This document shows, piece by piece, positions 56,337 to 64,000 of a DNA stretch of 64,000 nt. Under the pieces are notes generated by a model, which did no database searches, was not told where the DNA came from, and saw nothing but the letters and a program-made list of their open reading frames with translations. Source of the stretch: a virus. Its lineage: Duplodnaviria; Caudoviricetes. Location of the stretch: positions 33,467 to 97,466 of IMG/VR virus record IMGVR_UViG_3300005438_000120, one strand, 5' to 3'. Both the position numbers and the translations under genes were made by a program. Each line of letters opens with the position of its first letter. The stretch's first letter is position 1.

Positions 56337-59300
56337 TCAGGTGTCCGATATTCCGATTGTCGCTTGGGTAGCGTCGTTTGGTTCATCCCGCGCGTCGGCG
56401 CGCATCGCCTCAGTAAAAATCCAAACTTCGTCCCCCGCGTCGGCATGGTCAATATCGCCGTGCGTGGACGGATCGTAGGTTACGCGCTCCACGTAGCCGT
56501 ATTTCGCGAGCAACGCGCACCACTCCTCGCTCTCTTCTTTTTCGAAGAAACTGCGATCGTTCAGAATGTGACGGAGGACTGCGCGCCCGAACTTCGCGCG
56601 CGGTGACGAATTTGTTCCGAACAGATCGTGAGCACAGTTTTCTTTTTCGCTCGCCATTACGGTCGCTCCTCAACCTCGAATTTGTGGTATGCCACAACCC
56701 ATCCGTCGTATCCGCGCGCCCGTGATTCGGAATCCGCGAAGTCGTCAAGCAACTTCTGCGACTCGCTATCCTGAAGCGGCCACGGATCGGAGACCATCAG
56801 GAGATCAAGCAAGGCGCGGAAGGTCGCATCGTCCATGCCGTGTTTAGCGACGCATCGCACCGTTACGCGATGAGCGTTGCTGAGCATGCCCGCGAGCACA
56901 GACGCGCCTATGTCGAAAACTTCATCGCCACGCACGAACAGCTCTAGCTCGCCGTCTTTCGGAAAATGCGCACCGTAGTTGACGTTTGAGGTTAGATACT
57001 CAGAATCCATCTTTCATTACCCTTCGGCGCGCTGTGCGCCTTCGCCGATTGCCGGAAACGCATCCGCGAGCGCGTCTCGCAGAGAGACGCCGCCGCGCGT
57101 CCAATTTGCCAGCATGAACGAGCGAACGGGGTCATCGGAATCGAATGCGACCTCGCTCACGACATTCTCTGGTTGAATCTTCAGCTTCGTCAGCATCTCC
57201 TGAAGATGTTGCTGCGCTCCCGCGAAATCGTCCGCTCCGGTCGTGTGGTGCATCTTTGATTTCATCCGCAGAACTTCGAGCGTTTCAATATCGCGGATCG
57301 GTCCCGGCATCGGATGCTCTTCCGTGAATACAACGTGGTAGCGATCATTCGGCAGCCGCAAGATGTAAACGATATCCGATGGCCCGCAAAAGCAAGTGCC
57401 GTCTCCGTTGTCGATCAACATCGTCATCTCCTCGCGTCGCGCCATGCGCCGCAGTTTGTTCGCTGAGCAAGCCCAAGATTCCGCAGCCGACGCAACGCGC
57501 CGACGACAGCCTGCGGAGTGAGTAGAACCGCAACACGTACCGGCAGCCTGCGCCGAAGTTCGCGACCGATCATCGCCGAGCGCATACCTTCAGTTTTGAA
57601 CACGCCGCGTGACTCGCGCAGAACCATCAGCACGGCAGCCGCTACCGGGTCAAGAGTTGCGTGGAGGGGACGCGGAGCGAAGCAGAAAAACTGACGTGGC
57701 GCGTTCATCATTCGGTCCCGTTGAATGCGTCCGGCGGTTCCGGCAACGGCATCCAATGCGTGAGGAAGTTCTCTTTGTGCCCGAACTTGTTGCGCCACGC
57801 ACCCTTCCCCGGCGCGTTCGGATGGAAGATTTCGTAACGAACAGTGCGAGGATGTGCGCCGATATCCGAACGGTCCGCGTAATTGTGGCAGGCAAGAATT
57901 GGCGTGCCGTCGCGCGGGGCAATTTCAATAGGTCGCCACCCGGAAGCTGCTTGTGGGTGTTTCACGATTCTTCTTCCGTAATCGGATCGCCGATGTAGCG
58001 CGGGATGTCGCGATCGAAACTCCAGCCGCAAGCGTCGCTCGCGCACTCGAATGTTTCCGTTGCGCCGAATTCCGTGCGCGTAGTATCCGATCCGCACTTC
58101 GGGCATGCGTCAACGAAGTAGTTCAACGACTGCGCGAACGGCGCGAGTTCGTCTCGGTTCCTCATAGCGGCTCGTACCCCTCGCGCCCCGTATGACGCTT
58201 CACGAACTCCAAAACTTCGCGCCCGAAGTCAGTCGGGATCGCGCCGTGACCGTAGCATTCGTGGCAGTGATCGGAAAGGTGACGGCGGTCCTTGCCTTTG
58301 CCGCTCCAATGTTCAGCGACTGCGCATCCTTGCCGAGAAAGGCAACCGAATCCAGCGTCGGCGGGAACGCAAAACTTGACCCGCGTTCTGCCGCCGTAAT
58401 CGGCGACACAGCAACAGGAGCATGGTTCTTCGAGCTGGATATCAAACGTCGGCACGGCTCACCTCATCTAGCGGCTGGTACTCCTGCTCGAAATCTTCGC
58501 GGCTCATCGCCCACGATTGTTTCTGTTCGTTTGTCACGACGACGCAGCCATCCCAAACGCGCTGCACGTTGCCGCATCCTCCCGGATTGACGCCGAGATA
58601 ACCGGCAGGATCGCCGCCGTACGAAGCTGGAGTCCAGTACCGCTCAACCGGCCCACCTTCGCCCGTTGCTTCTGTCCAAATGAACGCGGTGAAGTTGCCG
58701 CGTAGACGATAGAGCGGCGCGAGTTCGTTCGTTTTAGGTTTCGGCTCCGCCATGAACTGACCGCGGCTTCCGCTAACCGGCCTCGTAGTCTCCCAATAGA
58801 ACCCCAGCTCGTCGCCGATTTCGCGCCACGCGACACGGGCATCTTCCGCCAACGCGATGCGATGAAACTGCTCGTCGGAAAGTTGATACATTTTCCTGGG
58901 CATCACTTCCGGCTCCGCTTCTTCAGTGACGCGCGCAAGGCTTCAAGCAATTCAGGATTAGTCGGCTGCTCTAGCGGCTCGCTCGCTTCAGTCTCGCCTG
59001 CCGCGTCTACCCACGGCGGCAGAGAAGTGCGGACTTCGATCTCGCGCACGCTCCCACCCCAAACCCTGTTCGCGTGAGAATCGGCTAACGCCTTGTCCGA
59101 ATACGCGATACCGGAGCAAACATCGATCGCGTCACCGTCCGTCTCGGCGAATTCGAAAACAGCGAACACCTTCGAGGTCGCATCGCTCATGACTCGTTAC
59201 CTTCCCGCGCCGCTTCGTCGCGAGCGGATACGCAGTTTTCATCCTTGCAGCAGTCGGCGCACACGTCCGCGTTGCCGTCGATGCACTTCGCTTTGCCGCC

Positions 59301-59664
59301 TTCGACATTCGGTGCATCGCTGATGAAGATTCCGCACTCGCGGCAGATCGGGCCATCGGGGATGTTGAAGTAGTCGTACTCGGCGCTCATGAATTCACCG
59401 CCGCATGTTTCGCGTAGCTGATGAAGTCACTCATTTGGCGAGGAGACGGAAGGCGCGTGATCCGCTCATCCTGCGTACGAACCTGAAGGACTGCGTCCGT
59501 CACGATCTGGCGGACGTTGCGCGGTCCGCGCGTAACTGAAGAGAGGATGATTGCCATCACGTCACACCGTTGAACTTCGGTCATTCCGTAGCTGTTCACG
59601 TTCATGGTTGCCTCCGTTGCGGTTTTCATGTTGACACTATAAGTCCGACTCGGAACAACGTCAA
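56337..59664 (-). other. Leftward accessory operon of ~11 small genes (59387..59629, 59187..59390, 58903..59190, 58442..58906, 58162..58455, 57962..58165, 57708..57965 DUF551-like, 57424..57711, 57017..57427, 56657..57010, 56337..56657)
   Basis: Promoter TTGACG(59664-59659)-N17-TATAGT-N6-ATG; consecutive stop/start overlaps. Confidence 0.7.
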
Positions 59665-59717
59665 GAACTATTTTGACTCTAGCTTTCCTAGCCCGAATGA
59701 TGTAGACTGTCTCGCTG

Positions 59718-60459
59718 ATGGATTCCGAGAAGCGCCGTCTCGCGCACCTAGCAAGAAAAGGGCATGAGCCTGACTACGATCCTCGCTACGGAGGCAACTG
59801 CCGAACCTGCAACCTAGCGAACAGCGCGCGCATCTACGCGACGAGCGAAGACCGCAGGAAGCGACATGCGATCTCCGCGCGAGATTCGAGGCGGCGGATC
59901 GTAGCGGCGGCGAAACGGAAAGCGAAGAGGCAGAAGCGATGATTGACAAGCTCAGATGTGAGGACGAAGCGTGCCCCGAACCTCATGTCACCGTAGCCGC
60001 GATCGGCGTGCGTTGTCATGTCGTCCCGTTCGCCGACGAAGAGGTTGAGAGCATCAAAGGCGAAACAACCGTCGCGCTCGGAAATCCTGACAACAGGGCG
60101 TGGGGTGTAGACATCCTCATGCTGCGGCTGATCGCGCGAATTGAAGAGGAGTCTAGATTCCGCGCGTCACTCCTGAAACTCACGTCGCCAGTCATAGCGG
60201 ACAGCGAGCCGATCATTGGCAGCCGAAATCCGAGCGGCATCATTCGTGGAATCAGGGAAGTATGAGCGAACTCGCACGCCTTGCCCGTTCTGCCGCGAAG
60301 CTCCTAATTCGTGATCTCCGCCAAGGGTGCGGCGATAACTCCTGCTACTTCAAAACTCCGTCTGGCGTGGGTACGAATGGCGGGTGTCGTTGTGTTGAGA
60401 AAGTTCAAGATTGCATAGAAGAGGTCGCGAACGATTACGCGGCCCTTTGCCGTCAGTAG
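59718..60459 (+). CDS. Three coupled small hypothetical genes (59718..59942, 59939..60265, 60262..60459)
   Basis: ATGA overlaps; divergent from leftward operon. Confidence 0.55.
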
Positions 60460-60665
60460 CTTCAAAAAGTTATGACCATTCGAGCCAAACAGCAACGCAA
60501 GCAACGATCGGCGATCGGGCGCATGGCTAGAAATCCGCTTTCGAATTGGCATATCATTCTGAATCGCGGATACATCGCTTGGGTTGTGTTTAAGGTGGTG
60601 CTCACAGAAGTGTGCGCACAGGAAGAGAACATTATTCTCAACGGAACCAACCAGCGAGCGTGGTC

Positions 60666-61301
60666 ATGACCGCAATCACGCGCACCCAGCTCTTGAAACT
60701 CGCGCCTCACGCGAACACTGCTTACCTCGCCGCATTCGATCTTGCGCCCGTTGTCCTGCCGAGGTACGGGCTTATCTCGGCCCTGCGCATTTCGCATTTC
60801 GCCGCTCAGTGCATGCACGAAAGCGGCGGACTAACCATCCTTCGCGAGTCTCTTAAATACACGCACGCCGAACGTTTGATGGCCGTGTGGCCGACGCGGT
60901 TCAAGACGTTCTCCGATGCTGCCGCGTACGTCTACGACGCCGACACGAACCCGCATGCGGACGAAGCGCTTGCGAACAAGGTCTACGCTAACAGGCTCGG
61001 AAACGTCAACCCCGGCGACGGCTTCCGCTACATCGGCAGGGGATTGCTTCAGATCACCGGCAGAGCAAATTATCGCCGCTACGGAAAGCTGATCGGAATC
61101 GACTTAGAAGCGAATCCTGACCTCGCCGTTGACCCGCGCTATGCGCTCGAAATAGCAGCCGCAGAATGGCGGATGAGCGGTTGCAATCAGTTGGCCGATT
61201 CGGACGACATCAAGGCGGTCACGAAAGCAATTAACGGCGGATTCGTCGGTCTGAACGAGCGGCGCGAATGGCTGCGCAAGGTGAAAGCGGAGTTGGGCTG
61301 A
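60666..61301 (+). CDS. Endolysin, glycoside hydrolase family 19
   Basis: HFAAQCMHESGG, ANKVYANRLGN, GDGFRYIGRGLLQITGRANY, VTKAINGG. Confidence 0.93.
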   Translation: MTAITRTQLLKLAPHANTAYLAAFDLAPVVLPRYGLISALRISHFAAQCMHESGGLTILRESLKYTHAERLMAVWPTRFKTFSDAAAYVYDADTNPHADEALANKVYANRLGNVNPGDGFRYIGRGLLQITGRANYRRYGKLIGIDLEANPDLAVDPRYALEIAAAEWRMSGCNQLADSDDIKAVTKAINGGFVGLNERREWLRKVKAELG

Positions 61302-61350
61302 TGTTTCGCTGTTTTGCTCTACCTACCTCAGAACTCGCGGAGATGTGGCG

Positions 61351-61680
61351 ATGACGCTTCTCGAAAAAGTCACCGCGCACGTCCGTGGCGTTCCTGCTGG
61401 CGTCGTAGTTGACGAGGCCGAAGTAGCTGAGGCTCTACGTGCACCGCTCGATATCGTGAGGCTTGATCTAGTTCGACTAGTTGCCGATAGTATGCTGCGG
61501 GTCCATCTGCGATGGATTTGCCCCGAAACCGACAAGGTGATCGCGGCGGCAGATCACATCACCGATATCCCGTGGCGCATCGAGAAATGCCGGTACTGCA
61601 CGGCTGAGCATTTCTCGGAAGAATCGCACATTGAAGTGCAGTTTGTGCGCACGGAAATCGAGGCTACTAGTGCCGCATAG
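61351..61680 (+). CDS. Hypothetical winged-helix plus Zn-ribbon protein
   Basis: EVAEAL...L..LV, CP...C.YC. Confidence 0.5.
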   Translation: MTLLEKVTAHVRGVPAGVVVDEAEVAEALRAPLDIVRLDLVRLVADSMLRVHLRWICPETDKVIAAADHITDIPWRIEKCRYCTAEHFSEESHIEVQFVRTEIEATSAA

Positions 61681-61693
61681 CTACATCTCTCCC

Positions 61694-62338
61694 ATGTCGT
61701 GGCCGATCACGCGTGGACAGTCGTACGAACGCTTCCCGCTCGCCGAAACCCTGCGCTCTCCCGAAACAACAACGGGAGATTTGCGCACCGCTCTCCGTCC
61801 GCTTGGAAGGTGGGGATTCCGGCTCGGATGGGATTTCCTTTCGCCCGCCGATTGCGCGGACATCGAAGGCGCGTTCACGTTCTGCGCTGGCAACTGGCGA
61901 TCATGCCCCTTCCTCGAATGGGACACGATGACGCATGACGTTCTGCTGTCCGCATCGTGGAGCGGTTCCTCGTTTACCAATGTCCCGTTTTCGTTCTATG
62001 AAGCGCCGTCGATCACCGGCTATCTCGGCAGCGTTCCGCTCGGCGCGGTACTCGGCCCGAACGCGGCGCGTCCCTTCGGCGGCATCACGGAAGTCCTCAA
62101 CTATTGGCCGGAACTCGGAACGGTCAGCGTATCAGCGGCTACGATCACGGCAGCCAGTGGAGTCGCAACCGATCCCGTTTGGCTGCGCGTAGTAGGCAGG
62201 GCGATCTACCCGAAGGTGCGCATGGATCGCGGCTCGATCACGTTCACGGCGCGCCCGAAAGACCCGCTGTTGCCGTCTAATGGTGATGGACTTTGGCAGT
62301 GCAGCATCACGCTGCTGGAAGATGAGGTGATTTCGTGA
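61694..62338 (+). CDS. Distal-tail-like protein
   Basis: W.FRLGW.FL...F...G....PF..W; KVRMD...SITLLE. Confidence 0.5.
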   Translation: MSWPITRGQSYERFPLAETLRSPETTTGDLRTALRPLGRWGFRLGWDFLSPADCADIEGAFTFCAGNWRSCPFLEWDTMTHDVLLSASWSGSSFTNVPFSFYEAPSITGYLGSVPLGAVLGPNAARPFGGITEVLNYWPELGTVSVSAATITAASGVATDPVWLRVVGRAIYPKVRMDRGSITFTARPKDPLLPSNGDGLWQCSITLLEDEVIS

Positions 62339-63002
62339 GGCGCATTCGAAAACAAGTTGAGCGCGAGCAGGAAAAGGCGCTTCCTGACACCCTTCAGAAC
62401 TTCCTGAAAGAGCACTCCATGCGCATGAACGCGGAAGGCGACCAGCGTCGCGTCATGGTGTCAATGGCCGTGGCGCAATCGTTTCTAGGATTACATGCAG
62501 AATTGTCACGCGCGGCAATGCAAGGTGCGGCTCTGAATGCGGGCGCAGCGCTAACGGCGGGCAAGTCTTTCGAGGAAGCCGTTGACCCTGATGGGATGCT
62601 TGATGCGGTGCAATTCGCGTACGAATTCCTCGCCGCATGTTCAGCTCTCGTTCTACGCGAGGCTACGGCGACGGTTGGCGGTAACGTGAACGCCTTCCCT
62701 GATCTTGACGCCTACGTCGCCGCATTCAAAGCAAAGCGTTGGGGCGAAGTCGGCGACGCCGGAACGGTGAACTAATGAGCGAACGACTCGTCAACGTTCT
62801 GACGGTAGCTGGCGAGCCAAAGATTCGCATCCCTTGGACTATTCACGTCCAAGCGTACGAGCAATACGCGAAACGCTTCAGAGGACAAGACGCCGAAAAA
62901 ATCGCCGCGAGAGGCGGTTTCGCGCCCAACGAACTAGATGAGTTTCGACCGGGATGGAGAGACATCATCGCCGAGCGAGAGATCGAGCGGTCGCCTCGAT
63001 AG
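62335..63002 (+). CDS. Two hypothetical proteins (62335..62775; 62775..63002)
   Basis: Coupled ORFs; second has IPW..H..AYE.Y...Q.AE.IAARGGF. Confidence 0.55.
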
Positions 63003-63047
63003 GCGCTGCCGTAGTATCATCATCCGCAAGAGATGGTCGGATAGCCG

Positions 63048-63620
63048 ATGTTCCCTACCACAATCGGAGACCGCTACTCCTTCACGATCTCCTATCCCGC
63101 CAATTTTCAACTCCAGACAGGCCAAGGCTTCACTTCAAACGATCGCAAATTCTTCCGTCCGCGCTACACCTTTCAGCTCGGTTGGTCGTACAAAAAACGC
63201 GCGGATGCTGAAGCGTTTCGCGATCACGTCATCCAGCAAACCGGCGGCGTTCTCTCCTTCCCGTTCGTCACATGGAAACCTTGGTGGTGGAGATTCGCGC
63301 AGGTAGGTACCGGCGACGGCGCTACGGTCACATTCGATTTTCCCGGCGTCGAGACTACGGATCAGCAACTCACCGTGCGCGGGACGGTACTTGGCGCGAA
63401 TGTAGCGCGCGGACTCGGAACGAACGGCGCCGACTTAGCGACACTTTTTTCGCCGCCCGCTTTGAATGATCCGATCGTCGCGTCATTTTTCGGCAAGAGA
63501 ATTTTAACGGTTTGCTACGCAGACGATTCGGAGCCTAGAATCGCGCGGGATTTGATGACGGGAAGGTACACCGTGAATGTGGCGCTTACGACAGATCGCG
63601 GCAACGGGGTTCGGCTGTGA
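63048..63620 (+). CDS. DUF2460-like distal tail protein
   Basis: PRYTFQL...G...SFPF..W...GTGDGATVTF...PPA. Confidence 0.6.
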   Translation: MFPTTIGDRYSFTISYPANFQLQTGQGFTSNDRKFFRPRYTFQLGWSYKKRADAEAFRDHVIQQTGGVLSFPFVTWKPWWWRFAQVGTGDGATVTFDFPGVETTDQQLTVRGTVLGANVARGLGTNGADLATLFSPPALNDPIVASFFGKRILTVCYADDSEPRIARDLMTGRYTVNVALTTDRGNGVRL

Positions 63621-63973
63621 TACGATTGTCGCATCAAGCGAGGACGCCATGATGCGCTGCCGATCAAGACGAACCGCGAAACGACGCGGCATCATTGAAG
63701 GCATCGAGCCGACGCCGTGGTAATGGTCGGTTACGACTACGCTGCCGCCGAGCGAGCGCGCGCGAGCAGGGCTGCGCGGCGAGAGTCAGATGGCGCGCGC
63801 TGGCCGTTTACCTTTCGCACCGAGATTGAATTCGAAGCGGTACGGGAGCACGGCTGCCTACACCGTAGCGACGGCAGCGTGTGCGCTGAATGCTTCGAGC
63901 TGCTATGGCAGATGCTGGTCCGCGACTGCGCTCCTTAGGAAGGTTGAGTCGTCGGGTACGATCTTCGTCGTGA

Positions 63974-64000
63974 CCCCCCCCCCCCCCCCCCCCCCCCCCC
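63974..64000. repeat. Terminal poly-C run, probable sequencing/assembly artefact
   Basis: 27 consecutive C at the window end. Confidence 0.7.

Noticed and set aside
58442-58906. Anti-defence sponge (Tad2/Acb2-like)
   Set aside because: Only a generic VVT...W....DF...Y pattern; lacks the signatures I know for those families
63974-64000. Poly-C tract as a biological terminus
   Set aside because: A pure homopolymer at the contig end is typical of two-colour sequencing or assembly artefacts
1-64000. CRISPR array serving TnpB in trans
   Set aside because: No regularly spaced direct repeats seen; the cis omegaRNA looks complete
1-64000. Stop-codon reassignment
   Set aside because: Core genes are full length in the standard code and end in TAA, TAG and TGA

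Overview
The window is a ~64-kb, GC-rich piece of a tailed dsDNA phage genome (siphovirus-like: tail tube, frameshifting tail chaperone, 1629-aa tape measure, no sheath gene seen). Layout: ~1-16 kb small early/accessory genes in divergent cassettes, including an IS607-type TnpB with intact RuvC residues and omegaRNA but no transposase; 16-32 kb recombination and replication (ERF, YqaJ, SF2 helicase plus amino-MTase, initiator with internal origin, primase-helicase, two tandem beta-clamp genes, a truncated two-frame C5-MTase, HerA-like ATPase); 33-47 kb packaging, head and tail genes; 47-64 kb tail and lysis genes broken up by accessory cassettes with their own promoters. Best leads: (1) the transposase-less TnpB whose predicted guide is a remnant of an acyl-carrier-protein-like gene; (2) a Cys-rich secreted-protein gene enclosed by 31/32-bp inverted repeats plus a neighbouring hairpin; (3) two coupled, diverged sliding-clamp genes; (4) a portal protein with a C-terminal 2H phosphoesterase (Acb1-like) domain; (5) a repeated promoter design giving leaderless and Shine-Dalgarno starts in one frame. 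No tRNA, rRNA, CRISPR array, integrase or DNA polymerase was recognised. All family calls come from motif recognition by eye, not database searches. The terminal poly-C is probably an artefact.
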